A DNA stretch of 64,000 nt from a virus: positions 96,001 to 160,000 of IMG/VR virus record IMGVR_UViG_3300015360_000024. One strand, 5' to 3'. Below, piece after piece: positions 18,310-27,412 of the stretch. The translations under genes and the position numbers were made by a program. The notes beneath the pieces are model-generated. The model saw only the letters and a list, made by a program, of their open reading frames with translations. It was not told where the DNA came from and searched no databases. Numbering within the stretch: the first letter of the stretch is position 1; every line of letters begins with the position of its first letter.

Positions 18310-19026
18310 GTGCCCCGTCGGCGTCTATTCGATGTGCTGCATAGCCACCTGTTTTGGGCGTTCGACGCGTCCAACTCGGGTGTGCCTGTGTTTAACCCGT
18401 TGTTTGGGTTCTCTAAGATCTCGGCACCGCAGATCAATGCCGAGATCGAGATGTTCAAGGACGGCACATTTATTTACAACCGGGCGGTTGTAAAGGGCGG
18501 GTCAGTTGGTCAGATCCTGTTCGAGCGAGCGACGTCGATGTTCGACGCCGATTTCTACGACTGGATCATGTTTACCTTGCACGGTAACAAGGACTTCGAA
18601 GAGGGTGGAACGCTTGGTAAGATTGCCAGCTTCCTGACCGGAAGCGGTCGATCTTCTCCGAGGCGCAGCCTGTTGATTGTTCAATTCACGAACATCAACA
18701 TTGCTGGCGGCGGCAGTGATCGTGACATCGCCTTGCGTGTTGCCGGCACGGCTGCGCTTGCAGCCATCACGGCTGGCTTGGCCAGCAGTAGTGTCGCCGG
18801 AGCTGCGATTGCCGGAGCTGCAGTTGGTGGTGCGGTTGCGTACGGCATCGGGCCGTTTGAGTTCGCCACCAGGATTCCGGCGCGTGCCTGGCTTCTTCAT
18901 GACTGCTTGCCAGTCAGATACAAGGCTGGCTCTGATTTCGATGCTGGAAATGCAGCGATCTCCCTCCAGGAGCTAGAGGTTCAGCCGGAACACATCGAGG
19001 AATTCTCGCTGGGAATCAAACCGTGA
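18310..19026 (+). CDS. Second tube-family protein (probable tube initiator) with a hydrophobic insert
   Basis: GFSKISAP...ILFERA...FYDW...WLLHDCLPVRYKAGSDFDA...SLQELEV parallels the tube gene. Confidence 0.75.
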   Translation: MPRRRLFDVLHSHLFWAFDASNSGVPVFNPLFGFSKISAPQINAEIEMFKDGTFIYNRAVVKGGSVGQILFERATSMFDADFYDWIMFTLHGNKDFEEGGTLGKIASFLTGSGRSSPRRSLLIVQFTNINIAGGGSDRDIALRVAGTAALAAITAGLASSSVAGAAIAGAAVGGAVAYGIGPFEFATRIPARAWLLHDCLPVRYKAGSDFDAGNAAISLQELEVQPEHIEEFSLGIKP

Positions 19027-19033
19027 GGCGCTG

Positions 19034-19258
19034 ATGCCAAGAGGTAACGACGAAATGCTTCAGATCCCTCTCAGCGACTCTGAGAGTCTGGACATCATCC
19101 GCTTGGAGGATATGACGGTGCTGATCGTCATATCTGAACGGCGAGGAGTTCAGCACAGGACGGTCGCCAAGATTGATGGCAATGCCGCCATTAAGATCGC
19201 CAAGTTCCTCGTTGGAATCAAGGGAGGCAAAGATGGATCCGAAGACGCCGGAGACTGA
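19034..19258 (+). CDS. Small hypothetical protein
   Basis: 74-aa ORF, SD GAGG. Confidence 0.5.
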   Translation: MPRGNDEMLQIPLSDSESLDIIRLEDMTVLIVISERRGVQHRTVAKIDGNAAIKIAKFLVGIKGGKDGSEDAGD

Positions 19259-19469
19259 CAACTGGAGCGTGGCGGATATCGCCGCAATGCTTACGGGCCG
19301 GGATGACCGGAACGCGTCGACGCCTTCCAGCTATGAACTGCCTGTCGAACTTAGCCCTGGATTCCATCCAGGTGAAGGTGAATACGTCATAGATCCAGAC
19401 TACATGGAGCTTTTGGGAATCACGGACCCAGCTGAACTTATTCAGCGCAAAGGATCTACCTCCAGGTAG
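19233..19469 (+). CDS. Small acidic hypothetical protein
   Basis: SD AGGGAGG before ATG 19233 (track start 19173). Confidence 0.55.
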   Translation: MDPKTPETDNWSVADIAAMLTGRDDRNASTPSSYELPVELSPGFHPGEGEYVIDPDYMELLGITDPAELIQRKGSTSR

Positions 19470-19481
19470 ACGTAGGATCCA

Positions 19482-19511
19482 TTGACACACGTAGCTTAGT
19501 AGAGGTAAACA
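19482..19511 (+). promoter_or_regulatory. Possible sigma70-type promoter (TTGACACACG box)
   Basis: TTGACA in the intergenic gap, same 10-mer as at 1555; -10 weak (TAAACA). Confidence 0.3.
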
Positions 19512-19519
19512 GTTGGAGC

Positions 19520-20086
19520 GTGAACGATCGAAGATCTAGTTCAGCTCCAACGGCGGAGATTGCAGGCCTCTCCGATTGGAAGGCTAAAGTATTGGCTCGG
19601 GACGCCAAGGCCTGCGTCAATTGCAGCAGCGAGGACAAGGTTGCTGCCTGCTTCGTTGTTCCTGTTGAGGTTGGCGGCAACCTCCGGGTCAGTAACGGTG
19701 TGACCGTTTGTCGAGAGTGTAGGATCGCTGCTGAGAGCAGCCGTGTTCTTCCCCAGCGCATCGATAACAAGACACCGATCAACTTCCTCATCAGCGACGG
19801 CCTGCATAGGGTCGTCAATCAATACGTTCACAACGGGTCGAAGTTCGGTAGCGTGTCGGCGCTAATGAGGTCGATGATCTCGGCGTACATCACACAGCCT
19901 GAGCTGTACGAAGACCTCCAGAACTGGCAGGACGCTGGTTCCGATGTGAAGGTAAACGGCTGGGTCGACGGTCTCCAGTATCAGGTGTTCAAAGGGATGT
20001 GTCGGAACAAGGGTATCAGCTACACGGACGCCCTAAAGGCGTTGCTGCTCGTGGCTATTGACGGCTACGAGCCAGAAAAACACTAG
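19520..20086 (+). CDS. Degenerate HNH Zn-finger domain fused to two ribbon-helix-helix-like repeats; probable DNA-binding regulator
   Basis: WKAKVLARDAKACVNC...VVPVEVGG...NGVTVCREC is HNH-like but lacks the catalytic His residues; KTPINFLISDGL...VSALMRSMI and DVKVNGWVDGL...YTDALKALL look like RHH. Confidence 0.65.
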   Translation: MNDRRSSSAPTAEIAGLSDWKAKVLARDAKACVNCSSEDKVAACFVVPVEVGGNLRVSNGVTVCRECRIAAESSRVLPQRIDNKTPINFLISDGLHRVVNQYVHNGSKFGSVSALMRSMISAYITQPELYEDLQNWQDAGSDVKVNGWVDGLQYQVFKGMCRNKGISYTDALKALLLVAIDGYEPEKH

Positions 20087-20095
20087 GGGTTAGTA

Positions 20096-20872
20096 ATGGA
20101 TCCGCAGATTGAAATTCCAAAGGCGCCGATTGATTCGTACGAGCTTCCCTGCGGCCACGTGGACCAGGATGGCGGCGTGCATACGCTGGTGACTGTTCGC
20201 GAGATGACTGGCGAGGACGAAGAAATCCTCGCGGCTCGCAACATGCCGACCACGAAGAAGATCAACAAGATCTTGACTCGCTGCACGGAGTCCATCGGTC
20301 CGTTCAGTGGCCAGGCGCTACAGTTCATTATCCCCGAGCTGACACAGGGCGACCGCATCTACTTGCTTATGGCGATTCGTCGCGCATCCCTCGGCGACGA
20401 GATGCCGTTCCAGACGACGTGCCCATCGTGCAAGGAGGAGGCTCGGTTCATCGTCGATCTCAACGATCTTGAGACCAAGAAGATGGCGAACCCAGCGCTT
20501 CGCCACTACGACGTCGTGCTACCGAAGTCCAAGCACAAGGTTCGGATGAAGGTGTTGACCGGCAAGGGCGAGGAGGCGATTAGTAAGGCCGCCATCAAGG
20601 GCCAGGACATCATCTCGACGGCGATCTTTGCTCGCATCGAGTCGATGAACGACAAGCCAGTTACCATTCCGGATCTGAAAGGTCTTGCGTTGAGCGACCG
20701 CAACTTCCTGCGTGGGGCATGGGAGGAACACGAAGGCGGCGTGGATACCGAGATCCAGGTGGACTGCCCGAGCTGCGGTGTTGCTTACGAAAGTGAGTTG
20801 GACATTTCCCAGCAAGGTTTTTTCAACCCCTCGGCAACATTGAGCAACTGGAAGAAGAAATATTCTTTCTGA
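20096..20872 (+). CDS. Tail assembly chaperone / T4 gp26-like baseplate hub assembly protein
   Basis: YELP...VTVREMTGEDEEIL...LTQGDRIYLLMAIRRASLG...CPSC; directly upstream of the tape measure gene. Confidence 0.85.
   Translation: MDPQIEIPKAPIDSYELPCGHVDQDGGVHTLVTVREMTGEDEEILAARNMPTTKKINKILTRCTESIGPFSGQALQFIIPELTQGDRIYLLMAIRRASLGDEMPFQTTCPSCKEEARFIVDLNDLETKKMANPALRHYDVVLPKSKHKVRMKVLTGKGEEAISKAAIKGQDIISTAIFARIESMNDKPVTIPDLKGLALSDRNFLRGAWEEHEGGVDTEIQVDCPSCGVAYESELDISQQGFFNPSATLSNWKKKYSF
20818..20824 (+). other. -1 slippery heptamer T TTT TTC of the tail chaperone
   Basis: GGT TTT TTC in the chaperone frame; -1 frame open to 21009. Confidence 0.85.
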
Positions 20873-21009
20873 TGGAATGCTGGCGGGGGCTTGGTCGCAG
20901 GGAGATCTTGGACTGGCCATCAACCTTCAGGATTAGAATGATCCTCAAGAAGTCAGATCTAGAGAAAGAGCGGCAGCGTAGAGAGGAACGAGCCGGAAGA
21001 CGGAGATGA
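20821..21009 (+). CDS. Frameshift extension of the tail chaperone (lambda gpT-equivalent / gp51-like); absent from the ORF track
   Basis: Manual translation FQPLGNIEQLEEEIFFLMECWRGLGRREILDWPSTFRIRMILKKSDLEKERQRREERAGRRR* has the typical helical chaperone-extension pattern. Confidence 0.8.
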   Translation, partial: FQPLGNIEQLEEEIFFLMECWRGLGRREILDWPSTFRIRMILKKSDLEKERQRREERAGRRR

Positions 21010-21226
21010 GCCGCGCAAGTGCTTGCGTTGCAGATGGGGTGCTGGGTTGATCTCCGCACCCCATTGCCTTATGGGGTCGGTGGTGAAGATCTTCGTATTT
21101 TTGTAGAGTAAGCCGATGATGATGCCTGCAGATACCCACCGTACTTCGAGCATGGCGGTTGACCGCTGCGCTTCATCGGTGAATCTTTGGGTTTATTCTG
21201 TTTCAACCAAGGATATCAGGTAGTTT

Positions 21227-24200
21227 ATGGGCCTGAATTTCCTAGGACTTGGCTTCTCTCTGGGAGCCGAAGACAAGGGCCTGGCGTCGGCGATTAAAAC
21301 GACGTCGAGCGGCCTGATGGATATCTCCAAGTCCGTCGTCGGGATTGGCCTGGCGTCCGCGAAGATGGTCTTCAAGGCCCCCGACTTTGGGCCTGCCAAG
21401 GATCTCGTGAAGACCCTGGCTGGCGACGTCAAGACGACCACGACGGCCCTTGAGGCCTATGGGGTTGCAGCCTCTAAGACCACCTCCGCTGGCCTCGCCG
21501 GATTGAACCTGACCGAGAAACAGTTCAGGAAGGCACAGGGTCTCGTTTCTAGTGTCGCCTTCTCGATGAATACAGACGTCGGCGGGGTGACGAAGTCGTT
21601 CGTTGCTCTGCAGCAGGCTGGCGTTGACGTCAACAGTAAGGGCTTCAAGAAGATGTTCGGTAGTTTTGAGGACTACCAGAAGTTTATCGAAGTCAGCGGC
21701 ACGAACACCGAAGCATTTGCTGCATCGCTTGGCGTGATGGAAAAGCAGATGGGCATGAGCGGTGACCAGATCAACGACTCCGTGAAGGCAGTCGCTGCCA
21801 TCGGCAAGAAGTTCAACATCGGACGCGAATCCATTGCCGCGATGTCGGACACGGTGAAGATCCTAAACGAGAACGCCAACAAGCTGCCCCAGAACTGGGG
21901 ACCTGACCGGATGCAGAAGTTCCTCAAGGGAACTGCAATCGTTCAGGGTGCGCTGACCAGTGTCGGTCTGACTGCCGATGAGGCAATCGCTGCTTCGAAG
22001 GGTCTGACCTCCGCCCTATTGAAGGGCGAAGAGGGCATGGCTGGTCTATATTCTGGCATTGCAAAGGATATCCCGAAGGGCATGGATATCCTGACCCAGA
22101 ATCTTGGATCGCTGCCGGACGCGTTCAAGATGATGCAGGAGAGTCCCGATCAATTCATGCTCAAGATGGGCGGGATGATCGATCAGGTCAACTCGATGAA
22201 CCTGAAGCCAGAGGCGCTGGATCGCTTCAGGCTGCAGATGGATCAGACCTTTGGTCCCGATATCATGGCTGCCTTCAATAAGAAGGGATTCGGAACGATC
22301 GGACCGGCGCTTAAGAAGGCCCAGGATCCAATCGCTGACCAGGATAAAGCCCTGCAGAACCTCTCGAAGCGCTACCAGGACGGCCGCACGCACGCGGAGC
22401 GTTTCGCCTTAGCCCAGGACAGGGTTCAAACTGAGCTAAAGAAGGTCCACGGTGTCATGAGCGACACCAAGTACCTGGCCGAGTACAACCGTCAGTCGAA
22501 GAACTTCATCGGCGACATGAAGCAACTCGCTGACAAGGGCGGCATCGTTGGCAAGGCAACGTCCATGCTCATCGATTTCAAGATGCGTGGCGTCGGTGGC
22601 GCGATTGCAGCGCACGGCAAGTGGGGCTTCGCGCTGTCTGAGGGCATGAAGGTCATGCAGCCGTTCATGGCCTACTTGCCAGCTCTGAAAGTCGCCTTCA
22701 TGGCGCTTATGAGTCCTATCGGTATGGTTGCCGCTGCGGTCGCCGGTTTGTTCTTCGTGTTCAGGGATCTCGGCAAGGGCGAGAACAGCGTCATTCGTCC
22801 GATGCTGGATAAGCTAATGGCGGAGGCTCCTGTCTTCCTCGCTAAGATCTGGGCCACGATGCAGGAGGTCTTCCAGACGGTATGGAAGGTTCTCTCCAGC
22901 GTGGACTGGGGCAAGGTGATGAAGACGGTCGGCGATGCGCTGACCAAGGTGTTCAACGTTATCTTCCAGGTGATCGACATGATCGACTGGAATAAGGTTG
23001 GCCAGGTTCTCGGTGCGATCTTGTCCAAGGCGGCGGAGGTTGCACTCATCATCCTTAGGGGTGCCATCAAGCTCGGAGAGAAGCTGCTGATGTGGCTCGA
23101 CGGCATCGACTGGGGTGCGATCGGAAAGAAGATCGGCTACTTCTTTGCGGAGCTTGGTGCGATTGCAATCGGCGCGATTATCAAGGTGGTCCAGAACCTA
23201 CCGGAGATCATGGTCAAGATCTTCCAACATGCCGTCAGTCTCATCGTGGGCGTCCTCGATGGCATTAGGGATTACCTCGTCAAGAAATTCCCTGAAGCGG
23301 CCAAGCCGATCACCTTCATCTTCGAGATGATCAAAGCAGCGGTGAAAATCGTCGGCGGTGCATTCCAGCTGGCCTGGAAGATCATCGGCGGAATCCTCAG
23401 CGGAATCTGGAGCATTCTCAAGGGCGTCTTCAGTGTCATCGGCACGATTGTTAGCGTCGTTGCCGGTGGATTGAAGGCGGCGTTCGGTCTCATCAAAGAC
23501 GCCGTTATGTTCGTCTGGGACAAGATAAAGGCCGTTGGCAGTGCCATCGGTAGTGTCGTGAGTGGAATCGGCGGCGCGATCGGAAAGGTCACCGGCTTGT
23601 TCAGCGGTATCGGTGGCGGCATTTCTGACTTCTTTAGTTCGACCAAGAAGCAGGCGGGGCAGTCGACAGCCGACATGATCGCCAAGCAAGTCGAGATGAA
23701 TAAGAAGATCACGGAAGAGGCCAAGAAGCGGAATATCGAGCTTGCCAAGCAGGGCAACGAACGAGCGATGGCCGAGGAGGGTTACGTTAGAACCACCGAA
23801 GGCCAGATCATGAAGTCGGCTGACACGATCTATAAGTACGTGCAGACGGTCAGCGGCGGCATCCAGAAGGTCTTCATGGACACCGCGAAGATGTCGAAGG
23901 CGATCGTCGGTGGCGAAGCGTTCGACTACATGAACAAGATGCAGGACGAGATTCGCGCGACGAACGAGATCGCTCAGCACAGCGCGAAGAGCGGCTCAGA
24001 TGAGTGGAACGCGAATATGGACGCGGCCATCGAATCAGCCAGCCAGGCTCACCAGGAGTACTTCAAGAAGTTCGGCGTTCGTTGGGGCATCATGTACGAC
24101 CGCAACGAGCAGCTTGCTGCCCAGTATTCTGTTGAGAACAGCATCATGGAAAAGGCCAAGTCTGTCGGCGTTGGCTATTACGCTGCGATGCAGGCAAATC

Positions 24201-25576
24201 AGACCAAGCTCGCTGAGGTTGCCGGCGCTGACATCCTGCGTCTTGAGCAGCTGATGCAGGCAGGCAAGATCACGCAGGACCAGTTCAACAAGCAGAACGA
24301 CGAAATCAATGCTCGGATGGCCAAAGATATGGTCAAGCTGGGCGAGACCACGGAGATTCTGGCCGGAAATTTCACGAAGGTTTTTGAGAAATACTCAGGG
24401 AACGCCGAGCAGATGGCGATGTTTGCAGAGCGCGCCTCGTATCAGATGGCTGCAGCATTCAAGGCGAACGGCGACGAGATCTTGACCCACCTACCGAAGG
24501 CAGCCGAGAAGTCTCGTGATGCCATGAAGTCGGCGTTTGACGAGCTTGGAGATCTCCAGGAGAGGGAGATTCGCGCTCTGATTGCTGGCGGTCAGTACAC
24601 CGGCAAGGCACTTGAAGAGCAGGTCAGGGCGACACAGAAGAAGTACTCGGACTTCCAGAAGGAGTACACGGACGCTCAGCTGAAGTACAACGACAACCTC
24701 ATTGCAGGGTCTGAGACTGGATTTCTTGAGGCCACCAAGAAGATCAAGGCGGGCCAGGACAGTCTGCTCAATGCCGTGAAGGCGAAGACGGCAGAGGCAG
24801 CAGGAGAGATTCAGAAGACATTCGGTGTCACTGGTGACGCCGCACTTGAGTCAGTGAACCAGATCGCCGCCGTCGACCCGAAGATCTTCAGGAAGAACAT
24901 GGCGGTCGTGAAGGAATCGTTCATGGGGTTCCTCAAGGAGATGGACGCCAGAGGCAGGGCGCTGCTCGACAACACAACAAAGTCGTTCAATACGCTCTGG
25001 TCGACGATGGACGAGGGTTGGAAGAAGAACAGGAAGCTGATGGAGGACTTCGGCTCCGGCGCCGACAAGTTCATGTCTGCATTCTGGAAGATGGTCGTCG
25101 ACAAGGCGGCCATTGCGACCACTCAGCTCGTGGCCATGTCGAAGGGGATTGAAACGAGCATGAAGGCGATGGCCAGGTCCATCAACCTTCTGGACCTACT
25201 CACTTCCCCGGATCAAATCACCGCATGGGCTGCGTCCGTTGTTTCAGCGCTGGCAACAGCAATGCGCGGTGGAGCAGTTGCGGATTCGCTGCTCTCGTCG
25301 TCGTACACGAAGGCGCTGGCGATGGCAGGGGAGATTCAGAAGGCCACGCCGGACGGGGCGAGCATGACGAACCCGGCGCAGACCAGCGGGGCTTCGTCTG
25401 CTGCTACGACGCTGCTGGCATCCATCAACCACCCGGCATGGACGGACAAGAAGGAATACATCCCGGCGAAGCTTGAGGAGATCAATATAAACCTGCTTAA
25501 CGCCCTCAAGGCGATGGGCGAGGTCGCACGTGGCAAGGCAGTAACCGCGCCCAAGGCGCCACAGCCGAAGCACTAA
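21227..25576 (+). CDS. Tape measure protein
   Basis: 1449 aa, alanine/helix rich, with W/F-spaced amphipathic repeats (VDWGKV, IDWNKV, IDWGAI); between the chaperone and baseplate genes. Confidence 0.92.
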   Translation: MGLNFLGLGFSLGAEDKGLASAIKTTSSGLMDISKSVVGIGLASAKMVFKAPDFGPAKDLVKTLAGDVKTTTTALEAYGVAASKTTSAGLAGLNLTEKQFRKAQGLVSSVAFSMNTDVGGVTKSFVALQQAGVDVNSKGFKKMFGSFEDYQKFIEVSGTNTEAFAASLGVMEKQMGMSGDQINDSVKAVAAIGKKFNIGRESIAAMSDTVKILNENANKLPQNWGPDRMQKFLKGTAIVQGALTSVGLTADEAIAASKGLTSALLKGEEGMAGLYSGIAKDIPKGMDILTQNLGSLPDAFKMMQESPDQFMLKMGGMIDQVNSMNLKPEALDRFRLQMDQTFGPDIMAAFNKKGFGTIGPALKKAQDPIADQDKALQNLSKRYQDGRTHAERFALAQDRVQTELKKVHGVMSDTKYLAEYNRQSKNFIGDMKQLADKGGIVGKATSMLIDFKMRGVGGAIAAHGKWGFALSEGMKVMQPFMAYLPALKVAFMALMSPIGMVAAAVAGLFFVFRDLGKGENSVIRPMLDKLMAEAPVFLAKIWATMQEVFQTVWKVLSSVDWGKVMKTVGDALTKVFNVIFQVIDMIDWNKVGQVLGAILSKAAEVALIILRGAIKLGEKLLMWLDGIDWGAIGKKIGYFFAELGAIAIGAIIKVVQNLPEIMVKIFQHAVSLIVGVLDGIRDYLVKKFPEAAKPITFIFEMIKAAVKIVGGAFQLAWKIIGGILSGIWSILKGVFSVIGTIVSVVAGGLKAAFGLIKDAVMFVWDKIKAVGSAIGSVVSGIGGAIGKVTGLFSGIGGGISDFFSSTKKQAGQSTADMIAKQVEMNKKITEEAKKRNIELAKQGNERAMAEEGYVRTTEGQIMKSADTIYKYVQTVSGGIQKVFMDTAKMSKAIVGGEAFDYMNKMQDEIRATNEIAQHSAKSGSDEWNANMDAAIESASQAHQEYFKKFGVRWGIMYDRNEQLAAQYSVENSIMEKAKSVGVGYYAAMQANQTKLAEVAGADILRLEQLMQAGKITQDQFNKQNDEINARMAKDMVKLGETTEILAGNFTKVFEKYSGNAEQMAMFAERASYQMAAAFKANGDEILTHLPKAAEKSRDAMKSAFDELGDLQEREIRALIAGGQYTGKALEEQVRATQKKYSDFQKEYTDAQLKYNDNLIAGSETGFLEATKKIKAGQDSLLNAVKAKTAEAAGEIQKTFGVTGDAALESVNQIAAVDPKIFRKNMAVVKESFMGFLKEMDARGRALLDNTTKSFNTLWSTMDEGWKKNRKLMEDFGSGADKFMSAFWKMVVDKAAIATTQLVAMSKGIETSMKAMARSINLLDLLTSPDQITAWAASVVSALATAMRGGAVADSLLSSSYTKALAMAGEIQKATPDGASMTNPAQTSGASSAATTLLASINHPAWTDKKEYIPAKLEEININLLNALKAMGEVARGKAVTAPKAPQPKH

Positions 25577-25579
25577 ACC

Positions 25580-25900
25580 ATGTCAGTCGATGTCAAAAAC
25601 AGCTCCAGGCTGCAGTTCACGGACCTGCTCATCGTCAATGGCGTTGAGTTCTGGGACACGCTCGCCTTGCCTGACGCCGTGCCCAGACAGGACGACATCC
25701 AGCATATCGTCACCGGAAGCGATCGGATCGATTTGCTTGCAGATCAGTACTACCAGGACGTTGGTTTATGGTGGGTTATCGCATGGGCCAACGACCTCGA
25801 CATCCTTCCGACGGATCTCAAGGAGAACGCTCAAATCAGAATTCCATCCAAGAATTACGTGATCAATGAATTGATTCGGAAGTCTGTAAGGAGGGCCTAG
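25580..25900 (+). CDS. LysM-like baseplate wedge/tail X protein (T4 gp53-like)
   Basis: HIVTGSDRIDLLADQYYQDVGLWWVIAWANDL motif. Confidence 0.85.
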   Translation: MSVDVKNSSRLQFTDLLIVNGVEFWDTLALPDAVPRQDDIQHIVTGSDRIDLLADQYYQDVGLWWVIAWANDLDILPTDLKENAQIRIPSKNYVINELIRKSVRRA

Positions 25901-27409
25901 GTGGCCGTTGATTTCTTTGGCGTGCGGCTGGCGGGTAGGATTCGTCAGTTCGTTGCGGGCGACGGCCAGGGTCCCGGCAAAGTGGTTGAGCTTTGGACCG
26001 AGAATCAAAGCTCCGAGCTAACGCACGACCTTGGCGCCTTGGCGTTCGTGTCGGAGATTGATGTCAAACTGAAGATGGGAGAGAACGCCGAGATCTCTCT
26101 GGTTCTGACGCCGCCGTTCGAAGATGCCCTGACGTTCATGCAGTCCGAGTTGATCCGCTTTGGCAATGGGCGACTCGAAGTAGAACTTGGTTACACCACC
26201 GGAACTGACTCAGGTGGTGGAGAGACGTCGTTTAGTACGCTGGCGTTCTCTGGATTTCTTCAGAAGCCAGACGTTAACATTGGCTCAGATATCACAATCA
26301 CCCTGCATGGACTTGGCGTCGGCTACCAAATGAACGTGGTCGGCGGTGTTAAGTCTGAGGTGTTCCCTGATAACACGACATACGCCGACGCAGTACTGAA
26401 AACCCTGTTGAAGTACGTGACCAGTGACGGGTCGGCCAGTGGGCTAAAGGTGTCTAGGGACTCGTTGTACAAATTCGTCCCAGCCGAGAAGCAGAAGGGC
26501 GAATCTGCTGACGCGTTCTTCAAGGTTCCTCCGCCAAATACCGTGACCAGTGGTTCCAGCCAGCTGCCAGACGCTAAGGTGATTTCTGGCGTCATCAGTA
26601 AGGGCCCGCGTAACGACTGGTGGTTCGTCAAAGAGACGATCCAGAGCTTCGGATATGACCTGTTTATCCAGGGAAACGAGATCTACATCGCAACCAAGTC
26701 GCAGTGGATCGACGGCGGGATTGGGCAGGGTCGCTCACGAAAGCAATTCCTGCTGCGTGGCGTCGTAGATCCGACCAGGGATATGTATCCGATCTTGTCG
26801 TTCCAGTCGCCAACCGAAGCCGTTTGGCTCCAGCCCGGCGTTGGTAAAATGGTTGCTAGCGACGTTGACCCGAACAAGGTGGCACCTGCCGTCGATCATC
26901 AAGCGTCAGGTGACAGGACAAGCATCGCTCGCGGCAAGAAGAGTGCCGATCCGAAGGATGTTGGTGCCGTTGGCATTGATGCGAATGATATCGCATCACG
27001 TCCATTTCCTGGCGATGCGAGCGATCCAGAGATCAAGAGGAAGGTTGACGCTCATTGGACTGACATGAACATGGACGCTGGTATCCAGGGTCAGTTCACG
27101 ACGCTTGGAATTCCAAGTCTGACGCCAGGGGAAATTATCCAGGCCGACGGATTTCATCCGTTAAAAAGCGCAGGCAACCCGGAGAAGGCAATTTTCAATG
27201 GGGTCTATGGCGTGGTGGAGGTGAACCACAAGGTCGGCATTGGCGGGTGGGAGACCGCGTTCCTCGGGATCATGAATTACTTCCCAGAGGTCATCAATAA
27301 AATCGCGAAGGAACAGGCGACTAAGTCTGTGGCGAATGTGGCCAAGAGCGTCCCGATGCCTGAAGAGGACTTTCTGGGGCGGCGACGCATGTCGCCGATT
27401 AAGTACTAA
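25901..27409 (+). CDS. Baseplate hub protein (gp27 / late control D-like)
   Basis: Between the LysM gene and the spike; LEVELGY and FTTLGIPSLTPG..I...G....NG.Y.V.EVNHKVG.GGWET C-terminal pattern. Confidence 0.75.
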   Translation: MAVDFFGVRLAGRIRQFVAGDGQGPGKVVELWTENQSSELTHDLGALAFVSEIDVKLKMGENAEISLVLTPPFEDALTFMQSELIRFGNGRLEVELGYTTGTDSGGGETSFSTLAFSGFLQKPDVNIGSDITITLHGLGVGYQMNVVGGVKSEVFPDNTTYADAVLKTLLKYVTSDGSASGLKVSRDSLYKFVPAEKQKGESADAFFKVPPPNTVTSGSSQLPDAKVISGVISKGPRNDWWFVKETIQSFGYDLFIQGNEIYIATKSQWIDGGIGQGRSRKQFLLRGVVDPTRDMYPILSFQSPTEAVWLQPGVGKMVASDVDPNKVAPAVDHQASGDRTSIARGKKSADPKDVGAVGIDANDIASRPFPGDASDPEIKRKVDAHWTDMNMDAGIQGQFTTLGIPSLTPGEIIQADGFHPLKSAGNPEKAIFNGVYGVVEVNHKVGIGGWETAFLGIMNYFPEVINKIAKEQATKSVANVAKSVPMPEEDFLGRRRMSPIKY

Positions 27410-27412
27410 ACG

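Noticed and set aside
20959-21153. Minus-strand 64-aa ORF with a hydrophobic N-terminus
   Set aside because: No SD, it overlaps the chaperone frameshift extension, and no other credible minus-strand gene exists in the window.
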